From the NCBI RefSeq assembly GCF_001194135.2, contig NC_068987.1, positions 27,969,118-28,001,492 on the forward strand: a stretch of DNA of 32,375 nt, given 5' to 3'. The position numbers were made by a program, and so were the translations under genes. This document shows positions 1 through 13,019 of the stretch, one piece after another; the stretch's first letter is position 1, and each line of letters opens with the position of its first letter. This DNA is from Octopus bimaculoides. Its lineage: Eukaryota. The notes below the pieces were generated by a model that did not search any database, was not told where the DNA came from, and worked only from the letters and a program-made list of their open reading frames with translations.

Positions 1-1684
1 GAGATAGAGAGAGAGAGATTTATACTCTTAATTTAAGGAAATTATAGTGTGTGTTATATGTGTTTCAGGTTTCACTTAAGATGGATTTAGTTATAAAATT
101 AATTAGATTTGAAATACAGTCTTACAATTGGTATTCAACATCCATTATTAACACTTTTCATTTTTAAAATACATACCCCTGTTTTAGAATACATTCACCT
201 CATCCCTACAAGTCATAAGAAATGACAAAAAAAATGGTTGGCAACAAGGGTTTCTGGCTCTAAAAACATTAGCCCAGAAAATACCATGTAATTCACACCA
301 GCTCGAAAAACAGGTATAAAATTGTGTTAATGATGATGATGATGATGATGGCGAAGATGATTATAAATTTTATTGAGTTTAAATGCAATTGTAAATTAAG
401 TATATATATATATATCTTGAAAAAGATGGATATTTCAGGTATTCATTACTTTTCTCACATTCCAATAAATTACTGCATTTATAAATCTACAAATGTGTTA
501 GTAATTTAATTAATAAGTTGTTATAGTGATTATTAATATAAATGTAGTATAGTATTTGGATATGTCAAGTATTATTCATAGTAACGAACCACATCATAAA
601 TTCCTCTAAATAACAGCTTGTTATGGCTTACCAACTAATTACAATATTTAACACATCATGAGACTTATCAAATTAGCACAATACCCACAGATTCCACTAG
701 CTACTTAAAATGCTGGTGGTTCACAATTCATTAATGCAGGTAGTTAAAATGTGGGATTCTTTAATGTTGAAAATTCTATTAAAACTATATATGTGTAATC
801 TCACACTCCCCTGCCTCTTCTTGAATTCTGACAATTTTTACCATCCATTTGATGTAATGAATAAGCAATTATTCATGTTGTAGCATTAGTGTTTATATCA
901 TTTTTAAAAAATTTTCTATAATTAATGCATGCATATCTTAATTTTTAAAAAATTCCTTTGAAACATGTGTAATTAAATGCACATCTTTACATCTTTATCA
1001 CTATTCTTTCTTTTATGTATAGCAAAAACATGTTTTACTTTGACAGTAGATATTGGAGAAGAGATATAATCTAGATATGAATGTACTTTAAATTTTAAAG
1101 TGGCGTGCTCAGTTTAAACTCAAGACGAATTGACTAAATTTTCATATTCACTCTACATAATTACAACTAACCATTGAAATCAATGTAAGTATTCTAGAGT
1201 ATAAAACTCATATGAAGATTGCTACTGTGGAGACTTGTTTGACCAAAAATAACGATATTCAATGATCAGAAATGTACAGTTGCACATATCAAAATAGAAT
1301 GCTCCTAAGAATAGGACTAACCAGAAGATGATTAGCATGCAAACTTGTCTAACCAAAAATAGACACCTGTAATGACATGTAGTTGTAGAATTCAAAATAG
1401 AGTGTTCCTAAGGAGAGAACCCCATATAATGTAGCAAAAATATATATATATATATATATATTTAATCATTATAATGGATACTGGTAGTTAGTTTCTAATG
1501 CAATAAGAAATGAAGCAAGTTACAAAATTGTTTCAGTATTGGCAGTATGAAAAGAATGAGAAAAATAGTAAATAATTTTGAACATATATGAAAGTGAGAA
1601 GGTGAGAAATAGAGGAAGTGAATAGCTTTATTTTGAAATATAATCTAAAATGATACAAATGAGAACCAAAGGAATATCTGAACA

Positions 1685-2030
1685 GGCATAGCTATGTGGT
1701 TAACAAGTTTGCTTTATAGATGCACGGTTTCAGTTTCAAGCCCACAGAACATCGCCTTGAACAAGTGCACTTCACCATAACTTTGCACTGTTTATGAGGG
1801 AAATTTAGAAAACCGAAACTGTGCAGAAGCTATTCATATATTGTGTGTTTGTTTGATCGTGGTGTAATGGTGTTAACACTAGAAATAGGTTAAATCAACC
1901 ATTCAATAAAGATTAATAAAATGAGTAACGGACAAATTACTGGAATTGATATTTGTATACTTGACAAAACTCACTGATGACAGCACCTCAGCATGGCTAC
2001 AAGCCAACAACTGAAACCAGTAAAATTAAA
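1685..2030 (+). mobile_element. Old, highly diverged tRNA/CORE-type SINE
   Basis: The head ggcatagctatgtggttaacaagtttgct and tail cctcagcatggctacaagccaacaactgaaaccagtaaaa resemble the family ends. Confidence 0.55.
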
Positions 2031-2147
2031 AAAAGAATATAAAAGCTGACTGAAGAGGGAAAGAAATTTGACATATATTTACATATAGAATACTCTTTAA
2101 AATAATAATTTGTAACTTTCTTGCCATGCATATTTGCTGTGTGTTTC

Positions 2148-2345
2148 TTTTTATTTGTTTACTTGTTTCAGTCACTGAAATGTAGCCATGCTGCTTCCTG
2201 AACGATTTTTGTAACCAAATGGCTCATTCAAACAGTGTCATTTGTCTGACCAGCTTGTTATTCAACAGACCGAGAGATTTTAACCTCACTCAGGAACAAG
2301 TGGTGTTTAGCATCATGAAAGACATCCAGCCATAGAAAAATCTAC
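2148..2345. mobile_element. Composite of old SINE fragments
   Basis: ttacttgtttcagtcactgaaatgtagccatgctg is the SINE tail in minus orientation. gtggtgtttagcatcatgaaagacatccagccatagaaa resembles the (GAT)n-tailed family. Confidence 0.4.
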
Positions 2346-3239
2346 TCCATTGTAGTATTTCTGTCTGATCTTGACAATCATAAAAACGGAGACATTAAAA
2401 CGATGAAGATGAGTGAGAAAAGCACAATGAGGATTTGATACACACATGCACACACATACACACACACATACAAACACACAGAGATATGCACACATATATG
2501 CTACTGACAATGAAAGTATTTTTATGAAGATCTTCAGTCAACATTGTAAAGCAATTTGTACATTGATGTTTTGTTTCTATCACATTTCAGTTTGAGGAGG
2601 AAACACACTGCCTCTGACATCATCAAGCACAACTAGAGAAACTAGGATGGAATCAATGATGTTAAGTAGATAATGTCTCTGGCTACTATACACAAAACAT
2701 AGGCATGTTTGTGTGGTAAGAAACTTTACTTCACAACTATATAATTCTACATTTGATTCTAATGTGCAATACACTGGCCATTAATACAAGAATGGTAAAT
2801 GAAAATATTCTGAGTGCAATTTAGAGGAGACAAAATATGCTGAAGCCAGTAATATGGACTAAGAAGAAAACCGACATATGTTTATATATATATATACAAA
2901 CATACTTACATCTGCGATGGTAATCCCACCAGAATAGCTCCTTTTCTAAATGTGAACTCTGAACACAGCACACAAACTCCACATACAGAAGAAATATGCC
3001 CCAATGATGAACTACCTCAGCACACAAGTATAAGAGCACCATGCCCAGAGCACAAACAAAATTATTCAAACAAATTGACCAAAGACAAATTGACAAAAAG
3101 ACAAATCAAAGGGAGACAAACATCCAAAAAATGCCACCCAAGAATAATGCAACCTGATTCATTGATTCATTGTTTTATTCATGTTGATTTGTGAGAATCT
3201 CTGCAAACCAAACAAGGCTGTGTTTTCCAGAATGGAGGC

Positions 3240-4850
3240 AAACACCTTTCTCCATGTGATTGGCTTGAAAAATTGACATCAACAGTTTGATTCAGACTCC
3301 TTGGAACTATTAGTTCCAAGTGTGTGGCTAGTCTTTGGCCATTGAGGTCTGAATGAGAGTCCAACTGAAGAGAGTCAATGTTTACTACTGGACATTAGCC
3401 TGCGATTAATTGAGAAAGGTTACATAGTATAACGGTCTGATGTTGGTATTTCAGTGACAACAGTTGCTTGAAAAATACCGCATGGTCAAAAGGTAATCAG
3501 CCGCATGGTGAACAGGAAATTGACCATGTGGTGGACAGGAAATCGATTGTGTGGCTATGTTGAGAGATAGGAAGGAGCAGTAGATGTGGGATTATATATA
3601 TGTACATGTATATGCTCATATATCTGCATGTATGCATCCGTACTTATATGAGTATGCATGTGTGTGTCGTACATTCACACATTTGTGGTACATGTATACA
3701 CTTGTTTATATATATACATTATCATACAAAACATACATATTTATCCTCATCAGCATCATCAATTTCCATCTGCATTTCATACTGAGATAATTTGGACAGA
3801 TCAACCCAAATAAAAGGGCTAGCCACAATAAGAGCATCTAAACAATAATTCAGAAAAACTTTTCAGTTCTTACCAGCATTGAAATGCAGGTGGAAAGTGA
3901 TGATGATGAATGCTTGCATGTGCATGTTTGTCTGCTTTTTTTTATGTGAAATTATAAATAAAAGTAATCTAGCATTAAATGATCACTCAGTATATTTAAG
4001 TAGTGGGACTTTGAAATTTCGTCACACCAGCTGTCATCAGACTGCTATTTTCTTAATAGTTTTTTGCAGGGTCTTCCTTTGGTAGGTGGAGTAATGTAAA
4101 TGAGTATTAGGTATGGTTTAGGTAGACAAGAGAAGTGGTTATGTAGGAAGGACATAAAGAAAGATAGGAAACACAACCAGTTCTCCATTCCATACTTCCT
4201 ATGCAATCTTTTCTCCTGTGTACCAACACCATACCTAATTCTCATTGCTATTACTCCACTTATCTAGGAAACACTGCAAAAAGCCATATAAAACGTCTAA
4301 AGTAAACCTTTGCCTAATACATATATATAATAATACCATACATGTATACACATAGGTATACATACATATATGTATGTATGTATAAACAAACACATATGCT
4401 TCTTTTGTTCTCTTGCATCTTGCAAGCATTGTGCTTCTGTTTTTTTATTTTACCATGCATATATATAAATCAACTGTCACTTCCACCCATTCATTGTGTT
4501 TCAAAATACACATTCATCAAGTAATGAATTCATTTCCCATTTTAAATATCAGAAAATTGCAATTGCATATCTGTCCGTCAACAATATTTTGTTCTTTTAT
4601 TAATTTTTCTTTAATTTGCATGTTCTTGCTTTATTTCTTTTTTCTTTGCCAGCTTTACTGTTTTGTAATATATGAAAATTATGAGTATTTCTTTGTTATT
4701 TCCATTATGAGATTTTTACTTTCCTCTTCAGTCAGCATGAGAATATTGTAATTCAGGTCTATCTTAAATATTCATAGTCCTTTGCAATTGCATTTCAATT
4801 GATTTTGAACCAAACCATTAACATTCCAGATATTTATACTTTTTCATATT
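3240..4850 (-). mobile_element. Highly decayed LINE ORF2 AP-endonuclease region, broken by microsatellite-rich inserts
   Basis: Minus-strand motifs in the expected order: WNVNGL (4828-4811), NILMLTE (about 4750-4728), ADYLLT (3501-3484) and VTEIPTSDRY (3458-3429; SDR is one substitution from the catalytic SDH). Clade is not assignable and boundaries are approximate. Confidence 0.45.
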
Positions 4851-6254
4851 CTGTGTTCTATATCTTTCATAATTATTGCCAACATGCAACAACACTCTCA
4901 CTTCACATTTGCAATCTTTACTCAGAATTCATAACCAACTGTAAGTTATCGTTATACTCTGAAATAGCAATTACATCATCAACCATATCACAGTTACACC
5001 TGGCCCTTGCTATGACATCACTCACACTCAGTAAGCAATTTCAACATTCAGTTCATGTCACTTTGCTAGCAGTGATTTCACTTTCATTCAGAAATAACAA
5101 CTACATAACAAAGCAATCCATGTCTTGGATTGTAGCCTTCGATTCAATATAAGACTTCTATTTTTTGCAGTCTATTACAAAAGTATTTTGCTAATAAATT
5201 ACTTGTGTTGAAATAAAGTTCTCCTTAGTAAACCCTCCTCAGGCAAGTGTTTGAGTTCCAGAATTTAAGGGCTGAAACACTTGCTTATGGTGGGTTTCTT
5301 TTCTGAAGACCTGCTGTTCAGCTCCCTTGAGAGTTTCCTACCTCCCATATTTTGTTACTAAATTCTGTTGACAAAATAATTTCTCTTTTGACATTTCTTT
5401 TCTTTCAGACATTGTAACAACTCATTTGGTAATAAAACTCTTTCCATTACTAAATCAACTTGTCCCCATCATTTCTCCAAAATATGCTGCTTGTACAGCT
5501 TTTGTGGATTACAAAGCCAATAAAATACACTTTTCTGCTAACTGAAAAAAGTAGAGAAACTGTGTAAAGAATAATTCAATTTGTATGATGTACAAACTTC
5601 ACCAAGGCATTTACATTAATTCATGTGCTGCAAATTACACAAAAATTATGCTTTGATCAATCTATGTAACCATATGATACATACGCTGAATACATAAGGT
5701 TTTCAACTGAATATATGTTCCTAAAAGATTCTTTCTTCTTTGATTGATCCCATCCAACTGACAATTTTCTTTATTTCTACATTTAGTAACATTTTTTTAT
5801 TGCCTCATCTTGAGGCAATAGGGTGCTCAAGATAGGGTACTCAGTGATACAATATTGAGGGGATAGGGTACTTAATAATACAATATTGTCCTGAGAAGCA
5901 TATTCCTGTGGACATGGTTCAATACATGTATATCACTGTGTATTACATAGTATACAGAACATGAAAACATGGTACATATATCAATAAAGACAAAATATAA
6001 TTTATTTGCATTCCTTTGCTAAGTGTATTTTGGCCCAAATTAAAAAAATAAAATTTTAAAAATGTATTAAGACAGTCAAATCACAATTTACTTCCTGTAT
6101 GCTTTCTATTGCAATACTATGTTTCATAATTTCTTTCAACAATAACATTTGCACATGTACAAGAAAGAGTCATGAATCAAATACAATTATCTCCCTTTCC
6201 AAAAGTCAACATCAATATACCTCATTCCATGTATTCAGCACTTTTCACTACATA

Positions 6255-6640
6255 GGCACAGGCATAGCTGTGTGGTAAGAAGCTTGCTTCCCAACCACAT
6301 GGTTCCAAGTTCACCCTCACTGCATGGCACCTTGGACCAGAGTCTTCTACTATAGCCTTGAGATGACCAAATCCTTCTGAGTGAATTCAGTAGACAGAAA
6401 CTGAAAGAAGCTGGGCATATATGTTTGTGTGTGTGCATGAGTCTGTGTCCTTGCATCTGTGCTTGTTTCCCATCACCACTTGACAACCGTAACTTAGCAG
6501 TTCAGGAAAAGGGACCAATTAGTATAAGTACCAGGTTTTAAATAGAATAAACACCAGGATCAATTATTTTGACTAAGATTTCTTCAAGGCAGTGCCCCAG
6601 CATGGCTGCAGTCTAATGACTGAACAAGTAAAAGATAAAA
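6255..6640 (+). mobile_element. tRNA/CORE-type SINE, same family as 13168-13580, more diverged
   Basis: Colinear similarity to 13168-13580: gctgtgtggtaagaagcttgcttcccaaccacatggttcc ... cccagcatggctgcagtctaatgactgaacaagtaaaaga. Confidence 0.8.
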
Positions 6641-7404
6641 CATATACAAGTTTATTTGTATATCAATTAAAAACATTTCCAACTATATACAACTTCCTTT
6701 GTGTATACATATAGTATCAATATTTAACTTTCTAGCAATGCACCAATGAACAAAAGATTATTTCTATATATGTGTACAGTCAATAAAGAATTATCTCGAT
6801 TCTTCTAAATATCAGTTTTGTCATGACTTCCACATTTTTACTAATTTTCAACTATTCATCAATTGCACATCCACAAAGAGGCCTTTCAGGAGCTATGCAA
6901 CATATTACTTATTAACCTAATATCATCAACACATAATACAACCAGCTTCTCATGATATGATGTCACACCATCTAATTATACATACATATACACACACATA
7001 TATATATATGCACACACATCTTTATATATATATGTGTATATATATATACATATATAGTGACAATTATACTTACTTGTCTTTCAGTTCTACACATATATAT
7101 GTATGTATAATGACTTGCTCCCTGACACCCAGGGTGGCATCTGCTTAGAAAGAAGCTGCCTTACTCAGATTCTGTAGCATTATGACTGAGTGTTGAAATA
7201 AGTAATGAATCACTCAATGTTTGTCTGATATAAAAATCTCTTAATAAACTTGTTGAGTTAGAAATTCATATTAGAGTTAGAGAGAGACATTGTCACTGCA
7301 GTGACTCACAAGACCAACTGATGCCTTTTGCCTTTGTTAAGGCTAGTCAGAGCCATACACCTGAATGCACCAGCTTAGCCAAAATTCAGATAGATACATC
7401 AATG

Positions 7405-7568
7405 TCATCATCATCATCATCATCATCATCGTTTAACGTCCGCTTTCCATGCTAGCATGGGTTGGACGATTTGACTGAGGACTGGTGAAACCGGATGGCA
7501 ACACCAGGCTCCAGTCTGATTTGGCAGAGTTTCTACAGCTGGATGCCCTTCCTAACGCCAACCACTCC
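7405..7568 (-). mobile_element. 5'-truncated copy of the (GAT)n-tailed retroposon
   Basis: (CAT)n followed by gtttaacgtccgctttccatgctagcatgggttggacg...cctaacgccaaccactc, the same as 18605-18741. Confidence 0.8.
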
Positions 7569-9859
7569 AATAATAAATACACATACACTCTTTCTCACAT
7601 TCTCTCTTCCACTTCTTTCAACTATACCATTGCCTCTGCTCTAAACACATTCCCCCCATCTCTCTCTTTCTGCTTCTCTACTTCTTCAATTATCTATTTA
7701 ACATAATAGCAATCCCTTTCTCCTAGCTCTCACTGCTAATACTCTTCCCGCTCTCTCTTTTTGCCTTTCCCTTTGACTAATAATGTGACAGATTCACACA
7801 TTTAGCCTTAGCATACAAACATATAGATATATCTTTTCAAAATAGTTTCTGTTATGACTGAAAAACATTATCCACTTGCAAGCATTCATTTTTAACTCCT
7901 CATAAGAACCATTAAAATGATGTATAGCTTGTTATTTTCAAGATTTTTTATTAAAGGAATTGTCTGACTATTTTCTTCTTAGTGATAGTCACTTTATTCA
8001 AGATTGTATCTAACATTATTCTGATGTAACTGAAAACAGGAATTTGATATTAACTAATTACCTCTCTAGAAGGAATAAATCTTTTTTTCCAGTTTTCTAT
8101 GAAAGAAACTCACTCATACAGTTTTTAAATTGTGTGAAAGTGTGTATAGTATTTGCCAATGATTTGTCTAATATTTTATCTTTGCTTGCTATCAATATTG
8201 AAATTATTTGTCAGCTTCTGTTACTACTGGATATTCAAATTGTATTTTCTACTCCTGCATTTGATTCAATATTCAATTACATACTTCACACAGACTTTCA
8301 TTTTCATTTCACTATATCATTATTTTTTTGCATTTAAACATTGCAACATGAAAGACTGTCTACAAATCAATTGGGCTCACTTTCATCATAATAAGTCTGT
8401 CTTTTACTACACTGGTGTGGTTTGCACTGGCCCGTTACATTTCTTCTCTCATATCATCTTTGTACTTTAATTCTCTCTTTTGTCACTTTCCTTCCTTTTA
8501 TCATCAACCTACATCACAATAGGTTCTATTTGTTTCTCATCAGCCAACACCATAATAGGTTTTGCTTGTTTGAGAATAAATGAGGCTAGGCACCAATTAT
8601 TATCAATACATGATACTACCATCCATTCTTATCATATACACAAAATATTACACTTGTTTGTAATTATTAGAAGCAAATTTATTTGCTTTTATGCTCATTT
8701 ACTTTAAGTGTTATTCCCGTTTATATTAGTTATCAAGTAGATCATGCAAAATACATTCCCTCTTCTATATGAAGGTTTTTTTTTATTCCTTCTTGATTTT
8801 AAATTGTTTACTGCTTTATCTTCTCAATGGTAGCACATTTTTTTTAGCTCTTGCAGAAAAACTGATTTTTTTTTTTTTTTTTTTTGGTCACCAGTAAAAG
8901 TATAGAACATTAAAACTTCTAGACATTTTAAATTAGTTGTCTTTATTATTGTCAAGTATATCAGATGACAGCAAAAGAGACCTTTCTGGTTATCATAAAA
9001 TCAAAATATGATGATGATGACCAAGACAATAATTATTTTAAAGCTTGTTTTGACAGTCTTGCTAGCTGCTGAATGTAATGAACTGAATGCAGAAACTATC
9101 ATGAGAATTGAACTTAGTTAATTATATGAGGAATAAGAATTCATCTAAAAAAAAATGGTTTTCGAGATATATCATAGATTATACAAGGAATATGAATTTA
9201 TCTAAAAAAGAAAAAATGGTTTTAAGAGAGATGATAGAAATAGTGAGAAATAGAAAAAGAATGCTGCAACCCAAATTCTGCACAAAATCTTTCCTAATAT
9301 AAGTTACTTGAGATGAAATTTTACAAAATATAACATGCACATTTCTAACAATTTTATCCTGTTTGAGACAGATCATATTCTCAACAACAACATGAAATAA
9401 ATGACTACCTCTTATTTGTAAAGAGCATTTTCCTCTAACTAGCTAAGCAGAAAACCAAGACAATACTTCATCCAAATTGTTTATAAATACAAAGTATATG
9501 TAGCTATAAATGTGCAATCCAAGAATATTCAGACATACCAAAACTATGCACGAAAATAAGATAAAATAAAACATTTTCTATGTATATTTTATCTTTCATC
9601 ATAAAATAGTCTTTTCATATACCATCAGAAAATCTCTGCAGAAGATTTCAGCTTCATAGTAAAATCAGCACAGAAAATTTCAGTATTGTAGTTTTCATCC
9701 TCCATAATACCATCTAATCAATTTATGGTTGTGAAACAGGATAAATTTTCCCAAAGAACAAAAGTACATAAAAATTTTGCACTTTTTATTATTATTATTA
9801 TTATTATTACTGAATAAAGACAGAGAGCTGGTAGAATCGTTACCACACTAGCACACTGA

Positions 9860-10354
9860 GTGACCAGCAAAATTGAGAAACATATCACAGATGTGAGGGG
9901 AAATCATCAAATCGCCATCCATGAGTAATCAGAGGATGTGCAGATAAGTTATGGTTCAGTTCAGTTTGTTATAACTGAAGATTGGAGTATGAGACACATG
10001 TCTGCCAAGTTTGTGCCAAAACTGCTTCCAGCTGATCAAAATAACACTCGGGTTTCAGGTGCACAAGATTTTGATTGTGCTGAGAATGATGAAAAATTTT
10101 TGAAAACTTTGTGCAGGCCTCTGAGCAGGTATCACCAAGCTTTTGGCAAAATTTGATGCAGATTCTCTGCGCAACTTTCTCTGTTGTGGTCTATGCGACG
10201 ATCAGATGTTACACACCTTCCTTCCAAGCACTGCTGTAAACAGAGCTAGATCATTAAAGCTTAGTGCACATACACACCAGAGATCAAGCTTTACTCTGTT
10301 TGCTTTAGCTTTGTTACTATGATAATAGTCCAGATACTTATTTATCACACCATG
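9860..10354. mobile_element. Rearranged Tc1/mariner (mariner-type) relic: 5' TIR and N-terminus on the minus strand joined to a mid-transposase segment on the plus strand
   Basis: Plus strand, 9860-10110: GNHQIAIHE*SEDVQISYGSVQFVITEDWSMRHMSAKFVPKLLPADQ...EKFLKTL (HTH and the mariner WVP(R/H)EL-equivalent linker). Minus strand, 10354-10110: TA (10355-10356) then TIR-like catggtgtgataaataagtatctggact, followed by EKVAQRICIKFCQKLGDTCSEACTK. Confidence 0.8.
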
Positions 10355-10360
10355 TACATT

Positions 10361-10392
<32 letters not shown>

Positions 10393-10396
<4 letters not shown>

Positions 10397-10493
10397 GCCT
10401 GGTGTTGCCATCCGGTTTCACCAGTCCTCAGTCAAATCGTCCAACCCATGCTAGCATGGAAAGTGGACGTTAAACGATGATGATGATGATGAT
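10393..10493 (+). mobile_element. 5'-truncated copy of the (GAT)n-tailed retroposon
   Basis: tggagcctggtgttgccatccggtttcacc...ggacgttaaacgatgatgatgatgatgat is the reverse complement of the 7405 and 18586 copies, with one substitution seen. Confidence 0.8.
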
Positions 10494-10523
10494 ATATGTA
10501 TATATCAATATGTGTGTGTGTGT

Positions 10524-10595
10524 NNNNNNNNNNNNNNNNNNNNNNNNNNNNNNNNNNNNNNNNNNNNNNNNNNNNNNNNNNNNNNNNNNNNNNNN
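10524..10595. other. Assembly gap (72 N)
   Basis: Run of N flanked by microsatellites. Confidence 0.99.
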
Positions 10596-10644
10596 ATATA
10601 TATATATATATACCACATTAGAAAGAGATTAGAATATCCTAATG

Positions 10645-10848
10645 AAGACTGATTTCAAATCTCGGCACAAGGCCAGCAAGTTTGGGGAAATGATAAGTCA
10701 ATTACACTGCCCCAGTGTTTAAGTGATACTTATTTTATTGATCCCATAAAAGACAAAAGGCAAATTCAACTTCAGCAGAATTTGAACTCAGAAGGCATAG
10801 ATAAATGAAATGCTGCTAAGCAAGCTAACAATTCTGCCAGCTCAACAC
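10645..10848 (-). mobile_element. Second tRNA-derived SINE family, diverged copy
   Basis: The reverse complement begins gagctggcagaattgttagcttgcttagcagcatt... and contains ctgagttcaaattctgctgaagttgaatttgccttt. It is similar to 28672-28830 and to the head fragment at about 9820-9850. Confidence 0.6.
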
Positions 10849-11424
10849 ATTAATCGTAATGAATATTAGGAATATAATTTCCTTGATCTAAACCTTCTCA
10901 AAGTAGCTAAAAAAATTTTTAAGGAAAGCTACTGACACAAACATCATATTGAACCTCAGTCTAACGATGTAGTGTAGTTCACCACATTATCTATAAAACT
11001 TGTTCCATGAAGCCTAAAATAACATATAAAATGAACCTTATATACAAAGAATGAGTGATCTCATTGCATTCATCAAACAGAAATAATTCACATCACCTTA
11101 CCTTTCTATCAATCCACAACCTTCAAAGTCTTATGTTCCTTCTATACCCAATATTGTTTCTTCCTATGCAACCACTTTCCCTGTTTACCTACACCTAATT
11201 ATCCTCATGTTGCTTTTTCTATATGAAGCCAAACATCACCAAAGTAAATCACAGTCTCATGCAGGTGAATAGAGTAAAACTCTGAAAGCATTGTCAACCT
11301 TTTCCTGGAAAAAGTTAATGAATATTTAAACTACTGAAAAGTATGGAGCTATATTTCAGTTTAGTGTTAAAATATTTTCATTTAAAATTAGACATAAAAA
11401 CAAACATTAATGCACACAACCTAT

Positions 11425-11427
11425 ATG

Positions 11428-11488
<61 letters not shown>
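11425..11488. repeat. (TA)n microsatellite running into an assembly gap
   Basis: Directly visible. Many other (TA)n/(CA)n tracts occur, e.g. 1440-1461, 10363-10392, 12091-12140, 21320-21380 and 24500-24530. Confidence 0.95.
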
Positions 11489-11918
11489 NNNNNNNNNNNN
11501 NNNNNNNNNNNNNNNNNNNNNNNNNNNNNNNNNNNNNNNNNNNNNNNNNNNNNNNNNNNNNNNNNNNNNNNNNNNNNNNNNNNNNNNNNNNNNNNNNNNN
11601 NNNNNNNNNNNNNNNNNNNNNNNNNNNNNNNNNNNNNNNNNNNNNNNNNNNNNNNNNNNNNNNNNNNNNNNNNNNNNNNNNNNNNNNNNNNNNNNNNNNN
11701 NNNNNNNNNNNNNNNNNNNNNNNNNNNNNNNNNNNNNNNNNNNNNNNNNNNNNNNNNNNNNNNNNNNNNNNNNNNNNNNNNNNNNNNNNNNNNNNNNNNN
11801 NNNNNNNNNNNNNNNNNNNNNNNNNNNNNNNNNNNNNNNNNNNNNNNNNNNNNNNNNNNNNNNNNNNNNNNNNNNNNNNNNNNNNNNNNNNNNNNNNNNN
11901 NNNNNNNNNNNNNNNNNN
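11489..11918. other. Assembly gap (430 N)
   Basis: Run of N flanked by (TA)n and (AATAT)n-like low-complexity sequence. Confidence 0.99.
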
Positions 11919-12088
11919 AATATAATAAATATAATATAATATAATATAATATATTATATTATATTTATCTTATGATATTTACTTTACTTTATATTATACT
12001 CATTTATTGTGCTTTTAATTATAAATTTTTCTATATGTGATAGTGGATTTTCACCGATGAGTTCTTGAAAATTGGTTATTTTCCCTAA

Positions 12089-12139
<51 letters not shown>

Positions 12140-13019
12140 TGCACTCTCACACACACATATGTATACATAGAAACATAGACATGCACACACACACACACAT
12201 GCACAGACCCATGTGTGATCCAAATAACTCACATTGAAGTGAATTAATTATTTAACTTTATCACCGAAATATCTACAATAAAACACAATTAACAAGTAAT
12301 TGCAGCTGGACTTGAAACACAACATGACTTACTATCAACTTAATAAAAAATTTTCCTTTTATCCCTGCACATTATCATTGGCTTAACATCTGTTTTTTTT
12401 TTTTTTCTTCCATACTAGCATGTGTGAGAAGGGTTTAAATAGCCTTTATCCATTCAACCTTATCCGGTGTTATCTCATTCATCAAGTATAGCATCCTACG
12501 ATCTAATCTAATTATATTGTCCAAAGTTTTCTTTAATCAAACACTGCTGTTCCTATACTTTGTCATTTCTGTTTAAAAATTTAGATTACGTTTTGAATTT
12601 TACAGGCCAGATCTTGAATCAGATAAATTGAATTGTTTGTATATTACTAAAAATGCTTACTGAATTAATAGTTGTTCATGTCATTAACATCTTTTTAGGT
12701 AAGTATCACTTAAATAGTCCAATACATTACTAACTTTTAGATATTTAAAAAGTATCAACACAAAGATATAATGTCACTATTCCTATTTTTACTTTTGTTG
12801 ACAACTGAGAGGGGTGAAGTCTTTACACTGATATATAAATTTGAGATTATTGATTGGGTGAATCTTGTTCAAGATGGATAACATTTCTTTGTAGTTCATA
12901 AATTAAAACAACACCATTACCTATTTTCTAAATCAATGTTTCCTTAGAAATCATTTTAAGTTAATCTAGTTATTATCATTATTCAGTAGTCATATTTTCA
13001 TAACGTGCTTTCACTGTAC

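Noticed and set aside
7485-7706. Identical N-terminal peptide MKPDGNTRLQSDLAEF in ORFs at 7485 and 18658, suggesting paralogous genes
   Set aside because: Both are antisense readings of the same young retroposon 3' end.
4413-8707. Several Leu/Ile/Phe-rich ORFs (4413, 4799, 8044, 8153, 8480) that look like membrane proteins
   Set aside because: This composition is expected from T-rich strands or the antisense of decayed elements; there are no recognisable domains or splice support.
9938-10156. 72-aa ORF as a host gene
   Set aside because: It is part of the mariner relic and reads through the inversion junction.
11343-11939. Longest ORFs in the track (198 aa and 171 aa)
   Set aside because: They are artefacts of (TA)n plus the N gap.
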